Shown: in pieces, positions 9,508-19,201 of the stretch | Position numbering within the stretch: the first letter of the stretch is position 1 | Layout of the letters: each line of letters opens with the position of its first letter | Origin: a virus | Taxonomy: Duplodnaviria > Caudoviricetes | DNA: 64,000 nucleotides | Strand: one strand, 5' to 3' | IMG/VR virus record: IMGVR_UViG_2740892609_000001 | Location: 1,688-65,687 of that record | Made by a program: the position numbers and the translations under genes | The notes under the pieces: model-generated | Told to the model about the DNA's origin: nothing | Databases searched by the model: none | What the model saw: the letters and a program-made list of their open reading frames with translations, nothing else

Positions 9508-10244
9508 CCGAGCCAATGAGTCTCGGCGAGGCCGGTGCCGAGCGCATCGCCCGCCGTATCGCCGCCGCCCTCGAGGCCCGCGGCATCCCCCCAGTCGAAG
9601 GAGGACCCATCGTGGACAGGCCCGTCAACGAGCCCGGCGACCCGGAGTACCACCGTCAGCGCCGCGCCGAATGGGCGTTGAAGCGCTGGGAGGCTGCAAC
9701 CCCCTACCGCTACCAGCAGGCCGTCAGCAGCCACCCCGGCGTCCAGCAGTGGGCCCACCGCGTCGCCACCAACCCGCGCACCGCTGGCTTCCTGCTCCTC
9801 ACCGGATCCTTCGGCACGGGCAAGACCCACGAGGCCTACGGCGCGCTCCGCCTGATCGCCGACGCCGGCCCGGAGAAGTACGAGTTCATCGCGATCACCG
9901 CCCCCGACATGTACGCCCTGCTTCGGCCGGGTGGCAGTGACCGCGGCACCGAGTACGAGGTGAAGCGGCTGAAGCGGATCCCGCTGCTACTGATCGACGA
10001 CCTCGGCACCGAGAAGATCACCGAGTTCACCGAAGAGGCCACATACCGGCTCCTGAACGAGCGGTACAACGAATCCCTCCCGACGATCATCACCAGCAAC
10101 CTCGAGGCCGACTCGCGCGACGACAAGGGCGTTCGACGGGGACCTGACCTCACCACCACCCTCGGCGCCCGAATCACCGACCGACTCCGGCAGATGACGA
10201 CCGTCATCGGCATGGACGGCCCCAGCCGGCGAGGCGTGGCATGA
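9504..10244 (+). CDS. DnaC/IstB-like AAA+ helicase loader
   Basis: Walker A GSFGTGKT; Walker B LLLIDDLG; IITSN; RITDRL. Confidence 0.9.
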   Translation: MTEPMSLGEAGAERIARRIAAALEARGIPPVEGGPIVDRPVNEPGDPEYHRQRRAEWALKRWEAATPYRYQQAVSSHPGVQQWAHRVATNPRTAGFLLLTGSFGTGKTHEAYGALRLIADAGPEKYEFIAITAPDMYALLRPGGSDRGTEYEVKRLKRIPLLLIDDLGTEKITEFTEEATYRLLNERYNESLPTIITSNLEADSRDDKGVRRGPDLTTTLGARITDRLRQMTTVIGMDGPSRRGVA

Positions 10245-10558
10245 CCGACCGTCCCCGTTCCGCGCCGATGCCCGCCGCCCTCCGCGCCGGCCGTCAGGCC
10301 CCGCACCCCGCCCGCACGGTCCGCTGCCCCCACTGCGGCGCCGCCGAGGGAGCCCGCTGCACCACCCGCTCCGGCCGCGTGACGAAGACCGAGCCGTGCC
10401 CCGCCCGGTTGGCCGCCCACGCCACCGCCACCGCCGTCTGCCCCACCTGCCAGGTGCTCCAGACCTACCCCTGCCGCGACAACCACGGCAACGAACTCCC
10501 CGACAGCAGCCCCGTCCACCCCGCCCGCTACACCGAAGCAGGAAGGCCCGCAGCATGA
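10241..10558 (+). CDS. Zinc-finger protein
   Basis: CPHC...C and CPTC...C...HPAR. Confidence 0.7.
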   Translation: MTDRPRSAPMPAALRAGRQAPHPARTVRCPHCGAAEGARCTTRSGRVTKTEPCPARLAAHATATAVCPTCQVLQTYPCRDNHGNELPDSSPVHPARYTEAGRPAA

Positions 10559-10776
10559 ACGCCGAACCCGCCGCCGACCGATGCGGACGCTGCCGCCAGA
10601 CCCGCCCCTGCTTCGACGCCGAGCCCAAATGGGGAGACGTCCCCACCCGGCTCTGCTCCCCGTGCTGGAGCACCTACGCCGACGCCCGAGCCGCCAGCAC
10701 CTTCGTCGACTTCAACGACGCCTTCAACAACGCCAGCGACGAGGTGCTCGCCGCGGGCCTGAGGTTCACGTCATGA
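10555..10776 (+). CDS. Small zinc-ribbon protein
   Basis: CGRC...CSPC; coupled. Confidence 0.55.
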   Translation: MNAEPAADRCGRCRQTRPCFDAEPKWGDVPTRLCSPCWSTYADARAASTFVDFNDAFNNASDEVLAAGLRFTS

Positions 10777-11054
10777 GCCCCCTGGAACGGCTACTGGCCG
10801 AGGAGTGGCCCGACGGCACCTTCGGCGCCATGCGACCCCGCTACGCCCCGCCGACCCGCAGCGTCTGCGGCTGGTGCGGACACGACCGCGCCCTTAACGC
10901 CGACGGAACCCTCCGCGCCCACCGAATCGGCCGCAGCCTCGAACGCCAGCCGTGCCCGGGAAGCGGTCGCCGCCCCCGCACCCACCAGATCGACGCCGCA
11001 CGACACCGCGCCGAACTCCTCGCCGACCTCCGCACCCGCAAGGCCGCCGCGTGA
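10773..11054 (+). CDS. Small Cys/His protein
   Basis: CGWC...H...CPGSG; coupled. Confidence 0.55.
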   Translation: MSPLERLLAEEWPDGTFGAMRPRYAPPTRSVCGWCGHDRALNADGTLRAHRIGRSLERQPCPGSGRRPRTHQIDAARHRAELLADLRTRKAAA

Positions 11055-11112
11055 CCAGCACCGAGCCCCACCCCATCCGCCGACAGGCAACCCGACGACG
11101 AAAGGCAAGCCA

Positions 11113-11376
11113 GTGACCAGCACGCCGACCCCAACGCCCGCCGCCGACTTCCACGCCGCAGCCGACGCCCTCCGCGACGAGGTCTTCGCCCCCGGCGCCG
11201 AGACCGTGACCCTCCCCGCCGCCGTAGTCAACGCGTTCGCCAACTGGCTCGACGACGCCGGCGACGACGCCGAGCAGCTAGGCGCCAACCCCCTCGCCTT
11301 GATCGCGGCCATGCAGGTCCTCTACCCGAGCCGCAACCTCAGCGGCTGGTGCCTCGTCGAGGGGGACGGCCAGTGA
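11113..11376 (+). CDS. Hypothetical phage protein
   Basis: RBS; codon bias. Confidence 0.6.
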   Translation: MTSTPTPTPAADFHAAADALRDEVFAPGAETVTLPAAVVNAFANWLDDAGDDAEQLGANPLALIAAMQVLYPSRNLSGWCLVEGDGQ

Positions 11377-11717
11377 CCACCAAGCTGATCCGCGACCGCA
11401 TCCCCGAGATCGCCGCCGCCCGAGGCCAGCAACTCCAGGTCCACAACGCGGGCACCGTCGAGATGGCCGGACTCCTCCTCGAGAAGCTCGACGAGGAAGT
11501 CCTCGAAGCCTCCGAAGCCGACAGCGAGCAGGCCTTCCTCGAGGAGCTCGCCGACGTCCTCGAGGTACTGCACACGATCACCCGCTTCAACGGCTGGACG
11601 CTCGACGACCTCGAGGCCGCCCGGCTCCGCAAGCACGCCGAGCGCGGCGGGTTCGACCGGCAGCTCGTGCTCACGATGCCCGACCTTGACGAGCCCGCCC
11701 CTGACCTGTGCGGCTAG
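11373..11717 (+). CDS. MazG-like/PRA-PH nucleotide pyrophosphohydrolase
   Basis: KLIRDRIPEI...KLDEEVLE...EELADVLEV...KHAERGGF. Confidence 0.85.
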   Translation: MTTKLIRDRIPEIAAARGQQLQVHNAGTVEMAGLLLEKLDEEVLEASEADSEQAFLEELADVLEVLHTITRFNGWTLDDLEAARLRKHAERGGFDRQLVLTMPDLDEPAPDLCG

Positions 11718-11775
11718 CCCGCCGTCCGCGACAGCCCCGAGACGACAACCGCCCGCAGCGACCAAGGAGACCCCG

Positions 11776-11949
11776 ATGACCGACCTGCCCGAAGCCGACG
11801 AAGTGCGGCAGCTGCTAGTCCACCCGGCCGTCTGGCCGCGGCTCGAACTGTGGCTCGAAGCCCACGGCATCACCCTCGCCTGCGCCGGTCAGATCGGCGA
11901 GGACGACCTGCCGACGTGGGTCATGACCCTCACCCGCCCCACCCCGTGA
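11776..11949 (+). CDS. Small protein, paralog of 13840..14034
   Basis: AGGAG RBS; EVRQLLVHPAVWPRLELWL. Confidence 0.65.
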   Translation: MTDLPEADEVRQLLVHPAVWPRLELWLEAHGITLACAGQIGEDDLPTWVMTLTRPTP

Positions 11950-12022
11950 CGCAGACGGCTGGCCCCCTCGTCGGAACCGAGGGGGCCAGCCAGACCGAAT
12001 CATCCACCATCCCGAGGAGACC

Positions 12023-12454
12023 GTGATGCCGAACCGCATCCAGCGCAAGCGCACCCGCGGCTGGCGCAAGCCCGAGAACGCCGTGATCGTCAGCCGTCCC
12101 AGCCGGTACGGCAACCCCTGCAAGATCGCCACGATGCAGGAGATGGGCTACCACGACCCGCACGCCGCAGCCGTCGAGTCCTTCGAGGTCTGGCTCCGAG
12201 GGAGCCGCTTCGGCTGGAACACCGACGAAGGCGACCAGCGACGCGAACGCATCCTCGCCGGACTGCCCGAGCTCCGTGGCAAGGATCTCGCCTGCACCTG
12301 CAAGGCCGACCACGTCTGCCACGCCGATGTCCTTCTGCGTTGGGCCGCCCTGCCGGAGCAGGAGCTCGAGGAGCGCATCGCCAAGATCCGGGCCCGGGTC
12401 GACTGGCAGCGCGTCAACGACGGTGACGAGCCGATGTGCGGCGGCGAGTCGTGA
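12023..12454 (+). CDS. DUF4326-like protein
   Basis: RIQRKRTRGWRKP...SRPSRYGNP...LRGKDLACTC...CHADVL. Confidence 0.85.
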   Translation: MMPNRIQRKRTRGWRKPENAVIVSRPSRYGNPCKIATMQEMGYHDPHAAAVESFEVWLRGSRFGWNTDEGDQRRERILAGLPELRGKDLACTCKADHVCHADVLLRWAALPEQELEERIAKIRARVDWQRVNDGDEPMCGGES

Positions 12455-12810
12455 CCGCGCCCGCCCGGCCGGTGCTGACCGAGCTCGAGCTGCAGACCCT
12501 CGAGCTCTACACCGCGGGCCGCACCTACGCGCACATCGGCCGGCAGCGCGGAACATCCGGCGAGGCTGCCAAGCAGGCGATGCACCGGATCATGCGGAAA
12601 CTCGGCGCCGACAACACCGCGCAAGCCGTTCTGTTGGCCTGCCAGGCCGGGATCCTCGACGGCCGGCCGCAGCGTCACGGGGATCACGCCGGTTACGAGG
12701 CGCACCGGAAGCGCGGCGAGGATCCGAAGCTCTGCGAGGCGTGTTTGGCCGGGGAGCGGGAGCACAAGGCGGCCCTGAAGGCCCGCCAGAAGCCCTCAGT
12801 GTCCGCGTAG
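12451..12810 (+). CDS. LuxR-type HTH regulator with C-terminal His/Cys motif
   Basis: LTELELQTLELYTAGRTYAHIG...IMRKLGADN...GIL; HGxxxGYxxH...CEAC. Confidence 0.75.
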   Translation: MTAPARPVLTELELQTLELYTAGRTYAHIGRQRGTSGEAAKQAMHRIMRKLGADNTAQAVLLACQAGILDGRPQRHGDHAGYEAHRKRGEDPKLCEACLAGEREHKAALKARQKPSVSA

Positions 12811-12913
12811 CGCTTCGGGAGACCGCCAAGACTCAGTTCCCGCTCCGGGCGCCCTAGAGGCCCGCAGAAGCCCGTACAGCCGTCCGCCACTCCAACCGAC
12901 CGGAAGGCCTGAC

Positions 12914-13063
12914 ATGCCCGACCAGCCCACCCCCACCGCCGCGCAGCAGCGTCTGATCGCCGCCTGGAACGCCCGCCGCTTCGCCCGAGCCGCCCTCCAG
13001 CGCGGCGTCCAGCGCTCCACCGAACGCCTCCTGAACCGCCCGCCCACCCAGCCCGCGCCGTGA
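12914..13063 (+). CDS. Small hypothetical protein
   Basis: GGAAGG RBS; GTGA coupling to the next gene. Confidence 0.45.
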   Translation: MPDQPTPTAAQQRLIAAWNARRFARAALQRGVQRSTERLLNRPPTQPAP

Positions 13064-13380
13064 CCCCCCACGACGCCATACGCCTGGCCGCAGCCGTCAT
13101 CACCGCCAACGGCTTCCACCGCCACTACCTGTGGGACACCAGCCAAGCCCAGGCCGGCGCCCCGCCCGAATACTGCCGGGTCGACATCGCCGGCGCCCTC
13201 GCCATCGCCCTCCACGGACACCCCGCCATGGCCCACACGCCCGAAGTCCGAGCCGCAGAACAGATCCTCACGGCCCGCCTCGCCGCCCCGTCACTAGCCG
13301 CCTGGTATCACCAGCGCCCCACCCGCCAGCAGGTACTCGACCTGCTGAACGAAACCGCCCAAGGAGACCCCGCCCCGTGA
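13060..13380 (+). CDS. Hypothetical phage protein
   Basis: Coupled; codon bias. Confidence 0.65.
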   Translation: MTPHDAIRLAAAVITANGFHRHYLWDTSQAQAGAPPEYCRVDIAGALAIALHGHPAMAHTPEVRAAEQILTARLAAPSLAAWYHQRPTRQQVLDLLNETAQGDPAP

Positions 13381-13769
13381 TTCGCGAAGACCGTTTCCTG
13401 ATCTCCCGCAAGCCCTACGCCATCGACCTCAGCAGCCTCCGCGTCACCGAACCCGGCTCGCACGGATCAGTGTGGGCTGAGGTGGACGCGGTCTGGTTCC
13501 GGCGCCGACGCGGCGTCACGGTCGCCTGCACCGGCACCCTCCGCGACCTCCAGGACGCTACGCCTGCCGACGCCCACGCCTTCCTCGCCGCGCATGACGA
13601 CGGCCGTTACGGCGGTCACTGCAACGGCCGGTGGGACGGCGAGCGCTACTGGGGCGCGCAGGAGCCGTTCCGGATGGCCCTGGACCTCGAACTGCTCGAA
13701 CCGATGCTCGCCGCCTACCCGGCCATCCCGGACGGCTACGACGGCTGGTGGACGTTCCAGACCGCCTGA
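13377..13769 (+). CDS. Hypothetical phage protein
   Basis: AGGAG RBS; GTGA coupling. Confidence 0.65.
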   Translation: MIREDRFLISRKPYAIDLSSLRVTEPGSHGSVWAEVDAVWFRRRRGVTVACTGTLRDLQDATPADAHAFLAAHDDGRYGGHCNGRWDGERYWGAQEPFRMALDLELLEPMLAAYPAIPDGYDGWWTFQTA

Positions 13770-13839
13770 CCCCCGCCCCGTCGGTCGTCCCGCTCGGGGC
13801 GGCCGGCCCGGACCACCCACACCACCGGAAGGAACCGCC

Positions 13840-14034
13840 ATGACCAACCCGCCGCCCGTCGCAGGGGAGATCCGCCAAGTCCTCGTGCACCCCGTCGTCT
13901 GGACCAGCCTCGAACTATGGCTCGCCATGCAGGGCCTCGAACTGAACCTCATGAACCCTGGCGAAGAGCTGCCGACCTACACGATGAGCCCCGCCCAGTG
14001 GGTCGTGGACGCCGAGAAGGAGGCCGGACGATGA
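13840..14034 (+). CDS. Small protein, paralog of 11776..11949
   Basis: EIRQVLVHPVVWTSLELWL. Confidence 0.65.
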   Translation: MTNPPPVAGEIRQVLVHPVVWTSLELWLAMQGLELNLMNPGEELPTYTMSPAQWVVDAEKEAGR

Positions 14035-14388
14035 CCTGCACTGCGAGCCTCAACGACACGGTCACCGCCCGCCTCCACCACTGCACCCTCACCGCCGGAC
14101 ACGACGACTGGCACCGCGGACCGACCACCGACGGGACGACGCTCCGGTGGACCGACGCCCCCCGGCGCCAAACCGCACCAGCCCGGAACCGAACCCCAGC
14201 CCGAACCCGAACTCCTCGCCTGCGCCGATCAGCGGTCCGGGTGGACGTGCACCCTCCTCGCCGGACCTCACCCCGAATGGAAGCACTGGGACGGGGACGC
14301 CGGGCACTGGTGGCAGCAGAGCAGCGAAGCGCCGTACAGCAACCGGGACCAGATGGCCGCACTCGGGAGCGACGGGAGCAGCCAGTGA
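14031..14388 (+). CDS. Cys/His-repeat protein (apparent frameshift at C-run 14158-14163)
   Basis: Two CTLxAG(P)H-x3/4-H units; the corrected frame stops in a GTGA overlap at 14385-14388. Confidence 0.5.
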
Positions 14389-14543
14389 GCGACGACGAAC
14401 TCTGCACCGCCGAGTACCCCGGCAACGAAGTCTTCGTCGGCCAGCTCTGCGAGCGCCAGGCAGGGCACGAAGGACCGCACTGCGCAGCCGTCCAGGGGCT
14501 CGGGGACCTCTACACCTGGACGCTCACCTGGCCGACGCCGTGA
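14385..14543 (+). CDS. Small Cys/His protein
   Basis: [11 protein letters not shown]; GGAG RBS. Confidence 0.5.
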   Translation: MSDDELCTAEYPGNEVFVGQLCERQAGHEGPHCAAVQGLGDLYTWTLTWPTP

Positions 14544-14724
14544 CCGTCCAGCCGCCGCTGTTCCTGCCCGGCTGGGACGTCGAGCCCTGCGACACCAGCC
14601 CGGCCCCCGACCCCGACGAACAAGCATTCGCCGACCTTCACGGCCCCCCGCCACGGAAACCCCGCGCCTACCGCCGGACGACAACCATCAGCGCCATCGA
14701 CGACTACGAACCAGAGGAGAACCA

Positions 14725-15321
14725 GTGGCCAAGAAGCATGAAGCAGTCATCGGAGCCCGATTCGGAAAGCTCGTGATTGTGGGCGATTGCCTACCGACGC
14801 GCCAAGCGACAGTTCCTGTCCGCTGCGATTGTGGGGTGGAGAAGACCGCCTACGTGCACCATCTGGGCGTCGAGGTGCGCTCCTGCGGCTGCGTCCAGCC
14901 GAGGCGCAAGGCCGTCCGCCACGGACGCTACGGCACGGCGGAGTACCGATCGTGGCAACACATGATCCAGCGATGCACGAACCCCAAGGACGCCAGCTGG
15001 GCGAACTACGGGGGCCGCGGCGTCGCCGTACACCCGGCATTCCGCGAGAACTTCGAGGCCTTCCTTGAGGAAGTTGGCGAGCGCCCCAGCTCTGCGCACT
15101 CCCTTGACCGGATCAATGTCGAGCGCGGCTACGAGCCCGGCAACATCCGCTGGGCAACACCCAGCGAGCAAGCGCGCAATAAGCGCCCCAGGGCGAAATG
15201 CAGGAACGGACACGTGATGGAGGGCGACAACGTCGCTACATCTCCCACCGGAGGCCGGGCCTGCGCGGCCTGCGCCAAGGCCAGGGCGGACCGAGCGATG
15301 GCGAAGCGGAGGCAGAAGTGA
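14725..15321 (+). CDS. HNH homing-type endonuclease
   Basis: IGARFGKL...CDCG...SCGC...YRSWQHMIQRC...YGGRG...SLDRINVERGYEPGNIRWAT. Confidence 0.9.
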   Translation: MAKKHEAVIGARFGKLVIVGDCLPTRQATVPVRCDCGVEKTAYVHHLGVEVRSCGCVQPRRKAVRHGRYGTAEYRSWQHMIQRCTNPKDASWANYGGRGVAVHPAFRENFEAFLEEVGERPSSAHSLDRINVERGYEPGNIRWATPSEQARNKRPRAKCRNGHVMEGDNVATSPTGGRACAACAKARADRAMAKRRQK

Positions 15322-15599
15322 CCGAGACCAACTCCACTGACCAGCCCGCCCGCACCGCCCTCCCCGACGTACAGGGCCGCTGCCCCGCCTGCAACGGTGC
15401 TTCGCTCTTCCTCGGCGACGGCGGTCACGTCACCTGCAGCCGGCTCGACTGCCCCAACCCGGTCGCCGCCGATGACCTCCTGCACGCTCCTACCGGCCCC
15501 CTCGTCACCGGCACCCTTGTCCAGCTGGCCGACGCCGCCGCAGGCCTGGCCGCCTGCCTCGATGACCACATCAACGCCGTAAGGAAGGCCGTCCTGTGA
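15318..15599 (+). CDS. Zinc-ribbon phage protein (DUF6085-like)
   Basis: VQGRCPACNGASLFLGDGGHVTCSRLDCPNP. Confidence 0.65.
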   Translation: MTETNSTDQPARTALPDVQGRCPACNGASLFLGDGGHVTCSRLDCPNPVAADDLLHAPTGPLVTGTLVQLADAAAGLAACLDDHINAVRKAVL

Positions 15600-16297
15600 C
15601 CAGCCAGCCCGAAGCCCCGGCAGAGACCGGCCCGGCCCCGTCCGACGCCGACGTGATCGCCGAACGTCGGACCCCCGCCTACACCGCCGTCCGCGAGTAC
15701 ATCCGCCAGCACCCCGGCCTCGAGGCGACCACCGTCAGCATCATCTGGCGGGCCCTCGAGCTCGGCCTCGACGCCATGCGGGTGGGCCAGTGCGACTCGT
15801 CCCACTGCGTCGAAGGCGACCACGTCCTCATCGTCAAGCCGGCCGGTGAGGCCCCCGACTGGACGCTCGACGAGCCCGCCGAGCCGCCGCTCCTCAACCA
15901 GATCCTCGCCGACGCCGCCCACCACACCGCATGCGCCGCCCGGTCCGCCGAGAAGAACCCCGACATACCCGAGCTGGCCGCCTCCCACGACGGCATGGCG
16001 GCCGGCCTGTACATCGCCGGCACGCACATCGCCCGCGGCAACCCGGCACTCCTCGCCCGGCTGAAGCAGCAGATCGACCAGCCGCAGCAGGAGCCCGTCA
16101 TACGGAAGCTGGCCGCCTGGGTACCCGCCTGCCCCACCGGCCGGCACACCGCTCACCCCGGCTACACGTGCGAAGAAGCCGACGCCGCTGCCGACCACTG
16201 GGCCGAGGTCTGCAACCAAGCCGCCCGCGTGTTCGACGCCCAGACCACCGACGTCCCCGCCGCACTCCGCGGACCCAACTGGAAGGCCAGGCCGTGA
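15596..16297 (+). CDS. Hypothetical phage protein
   Basis: Coupled; codon bias. Confidence 0.6.
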   Translation: MTSQPEAPAETGPAPSDADVIAERRTPAYTAVREYIRQHPGLEATTVSIIWRALELGLDAMRVGQCDSSHCVEGDHVLIVKPAGEAPDWTLDEPAEPPLLNQILADAAHHTACAARSAEKNPDIPELAASHDGMAAGLYIAGTHIARGNPALLARLKQQIDQPQQEPVIRKLAAWVPACPTGRHTAHPGYTCEEADAAADHWAEVCNQAARVFDAQTTDVPAALRGPNWKARP

Positions 16298-16485
16298 ACG
16301 CAAAACAGCTCACCGCCAGGACCGCCGTCCTCACCCTGCCCGCCGCCTTCGTCGTCGGCGCGTCCGTCGGCATGCACCACGACGGCGGCTGGGGACTCGT
16401 TGCCGTCGTCTGGGTGACCGTCGTCGCCGTCATGGCTGCAGGCCTGGCCATCGCTTGGGGCCTCGACAACTGGAACGACAACTAG
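16294..16485 (+). CDS. Small two-TM membrane protein
   Basis: Two hydrophobic segments; GTGA coupling. Confidence 0.55.
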   Translation: MNAKQLTARTAVLTLPAAFVVGASVGMHHDGGWGLVAVVWVTVVAVMAAGLAIAWGLDNWNDN

Positions 16486-16528
16486 CCCACCACCCGTCCC
16501 GCCCCGTACCGCCCGCACAGGAGAGACC

Positions 16529-17131
16529 GTGAACGACGCCACCAGCACCTGCGCGATCTGCCGGAACCCGTCCACCGTCCGCGTCCACCCCGGCTGCGAG
16601 GAACGCCTCGACGGCAACCTCGGCGCCCTCCCCGGCCTGTACCGGGAGCTCGAAGAGCACCTCGCCCCCTCCCGCCGCGGAGACAACGGGCGGACCGGCA
16701 GCCGCACCGCACCCCTCCCGGTCAACGAACGAGTGCTCGACCTCCGGGCCCGCGGCGGCATCGAAGGCGTCGTCACCACCTGGGAGAGGGACGCGCGGGA
16801 GACGCTGGGCTGGGAGCCGGCCCCGTTCCGCGGCGACGTACAGCAGACCGTCGATGGCGCCGTTGCCTTCCTCCGGCTGCAGGTCTCCTGGTTCTGCGAC
16901 GCCCACGAAGCCGTGTTCGAACTCGCGCAGGATATACGCCGGCTGAGGGCCGAATGCGAGGCGATCATCGGAGGCGACCGGCCGCCCCGCCGGATCCCCG
17001 TCACCTGCCCCTGCGGAACCATCCTCCGCATCACCATCGACACCCCCGGCGCCCGCTGCCCCGGCTGCGAAGCCCAGTACGGGCATGCGGAGGTGCTGAG
17101 GCTGCCGATGGCGGAGAGGTCCGCGGCATGA
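16529..17131 (+). CDS. Zn-binding protein ending the early operon (possible late-gene regulator)
   Basis: CAIC...C, APLPVNERVLDLR, CPC...CPGC; followed by a terminator. Confidence 0.65.
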   Translation: MNDATSTCAICRNPSTVRVHPGCEERLDGNLGALPGLYRELEEHLAPSRRGDNGRTGSRTAPLPVNERVLDLRARGGIEGVVTTWERDARETLGWEPAPFRGDVQQTVDGAVAFLRLQVSWFCDAHEAVFELAQDIRRLRAECEAIIGGDRPPRRIPVTCPCGTILRITIDTPGARCPGCEAQYGHAEVLRLPMAERSAA

Positions 17132-17162
17132 CGAAGGCCCCCACCGTTTGGTGGGGGCCTTC
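17132..17162. terminator. Bidirectional terminator hairpin
   Basis: GAAGGCCCCCACC-gttt-GGTGGGGGCCTT(T)C between convergent genes. Confidence 0.8.
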
Positions 17163-17176
17163 AGGCGTGTCCGAGG

Positions 17177-17623
17177 CTAGAGCTGGGGCGACTCGCGGCG
17201 GGCGGCAACGAGTGCAGCGTGCACCTCGTCCAGCCGATCGCAGTGCGCCCGAACCTGCGCGATCACCGCAGCGAACTGATCCGGGTCGAGGCACTCCATC
17301 ACCTCGTCCTCCCACGGCTGGAGCACTACGTGCGGGAGCCGGCGTTCCGGCTTGTCGCTGTACGGGTCCACGTTGATCCGGGCGTCGAGCACCGGCATCT
17401 CCAGAGTGCCCTCCTCCGCGTCGAACACCGGCAGCAGAGTCCCACCGAAGTCCCGGCCGTGCGACAGGTCGACGAGCGCCCCGTCCTCGTCGTTCCAGTG
17501 GCGATCCGTGCACCACGACGGGCACGACTCCACGATCTGGCCACCGCCCCAGATGCGACGCAGCCACGTCCGGACCTTCCCCGGCTCGGCGACGACAGGA
17601 CGCTCAGGCGATACGATGGACAT
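17177..17623 (-). CDS. DUF6907-like protein
   Basis: CPSWCTDRH...DLSH...INVDPYS...LDPDQFAAVIAQVRAHCDRL. Confidence 0.65.
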   Translation of the reverse strand: MSIVSPERPVVAEPGKVRTWLRRIWGGGQIVESCPSWCTDRHWNDEDGALVDLSHGRDFGGTLLPVFDAEEGTLEMPVLDARINVDPYSDKPERRLPHVVLQPWEDEVMECLDPDQFAAVIAQVRAHCDRLDEVHAALVAARRESPQL

Positions 17624-17724
17624 CGAGAACTCCTTCTTGACGGTTGGGTCTCTTGATCAGCGAGCTGCGAACTCGCTGGTTGAACATGGCCGGGCGGCTG
17701 CGAACCGCCCGGCCGTTCTGCTGT

Positions 17725-18222
17725 TCAGAACGTCGGTTCACGGACGACTGTGAGACGCATTCGGCGGCTGGCGTCGAAGCAATGGTCGTTGCCGCTGCGA
17801 CTGATGACAGACCAGACGGTGATCGTCGACACGTCGTACCGCTCTGCGAGCGACGGGACGTACACGGTCTTCCCGACGTGGAAGTAGTGGCGCTTCGAGT
17901 CTCGCCGGAGTAGCCGCTTAACACGGCGGCGGTCCTCCGCGTCGTCGTACTGCCCCTGAGTGGCGCGTGCATTCGGCACCTGGTCCACGTTGTAGAGCGG
18001 ATGCTCTGCGGCGATGGCCCTACTCTCGGCTGCCTCGGCGAGGGGCCGGTCGGGGTGCCAAAGAAGGTCTCGGCGCGCCACAAGATGCCACCACGGCTGA
18101 CATAGGGAGTGCTGATGCCAGCGCCGCTGAAGATCATTCGTAACGCCGACGTACAGCAGCTGTCCGGCTCCGTCGTAGAGCCGGTAGAGCGCAGTGCTGT
18201 CCGGCTCGCGACTTGCGGCCAC
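17725..18222 (-). CDS. GIY-YIG domain plus C-terminal HTH protein
   Basis: TALYRLYD...LLYVGVT...RWHQH...AESRAIAAEHPLYN; SLAERYDVSTITV. Confidence 0.8.
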   Translation of the reverse strand: MAASREPDSTALYRLYDGAGQLLYVGVTNDLQRRWHQHSLCQPWWHLVARRDLLWHPDRPLAEAAESRAIAAEHPLYNVDQVPNARATQGQYDDAEDRRRVKRLLRRDSKRHYFHVGKTVYVPSLAERYDVSTITVWSVISRSGNDHCFDASRRMRLTVVREPTF

Positions 18223-18369
18223 GTCTTCCCCTTCCGTTCGACGTGGAAGTTCTGCGTACAGTGGTGCGGAGGCATGCAGAGATTGCCCACTGGTGGTGGC
18301 ATCGCAGCAGATAGTCGCAGCCCAGTGGCTCTGCGTGCTTGTGGAACTACTGGAATACGGTCCGGCACA

Positions 18370-18387
18370 TAGACGTCTAAGTCAAGC
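18370..18387. promoter_or_regulatory. GntR operator (upstream copy)
   Basis: TAGACGTCTAAGTCAAGC is the exact reverse complement of 19250-19267. Confidence 0.75.
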
Positions 18388-18439
18388 CGGTCACCCAAAC
18401 CGGCTTCGACGCGCACCGTCGAGGCTCAGAGGAGGAGCG

Positions 18440-19186
18440 TTGGCCGGGTCAAAGGCGGGCTACAAGGACATCGTCGACGAGCTCCGCGGCCGTATCGAGC
18501 GCGGCGTCTATCCAGTCGGTTCAAAGATTCCAAGCGAGTCCGAAGTGGCCAGCGAGTTCGGCGCTGGCCGGGAGACGGTGGCGAAGGCCCTCCGTGAGCT
18601 GACGCACTACGGCTTGACCTCCGTGAGTCGCGGCGCCGCCGCCAGGGTGCGGGACTTCAGGCCCATCCGAAGGAACGCAGTGGAGCGCCTCTCGAAGGCA
18701 ACCTGGGGCGCCGGCGTTTCGATGTGGTCAGTCGACGTTCGCGACGAGAAGCCCAAGGTGGCAGGCCTGCAAATTGAGCGCCTGGAAGCGTCGCCGCGGG
18801 TCGCTGAAGCGCTCGGCTTGGAGCGTGGAGCTCCGGTGGTCATGCGCAGGCGGCACTACGTCCTAGGCGGCAAGCCCGTCCTCATGGCGGACTCATTCAT
18901 CCCTGCCGACCTCGCCGACGGGACCCAAATCGCGGAAGAGGACACCGGGGAGGGGGGCATCTATGCCCGCCTCGAAGAGATCGGACACGGCCCCGTTCGA
19001 TTCAAGGAGGAAGTCCTAGCGCGCATGCCGCGCAGGGCTGAGGAGTCGTTGCTGCGCCTCGAAGCTGGCACCCCGGTGCTTGGTGTCGTCCGCACGGCCT
19101 TCGATGCGCAGGGCCGTGCCGTCGAGGTGAACGACATGGTTCTGGATGCTGGTAACTACGTGCTCGACTACGTGACGGACGCCTAA
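18440..19186 (+). CDS. GntR/HutC-family repressor with UTRA domain (KorSA/TraR-like)
   Basis: GGAGGAG RBS plus TTG; YKDIVDELRGRIERGVYPVGSKIPSE...RETVAKAL; VVRTAFDAQGRAVEV. Confidence 0.9.
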   Translation: MAGSKAGYKDIVDELRGRIERGVYPVGSKIPSESEVASEFGAGRETVAKALRELTHYGLTSVSRGAAARVRDFRPIRRNAVERLSKATWGAGVSMWSVDVRDEKPKVAGLQIERLEASPRVAEALGLERGAPVVMRRRHYVLGGKPVLMADSFIPADLADGTQIAEEDTGEGGIYARLEEIGHGPVRFKEEVLARMPRRAEESLLRLEAGTPVLGVVRTAFDAQGRAVEVNDMVLDAGNYVLDYVTDA

Positions 19187-19201
19187 CCTGCAGCCCAGCT
19201 T

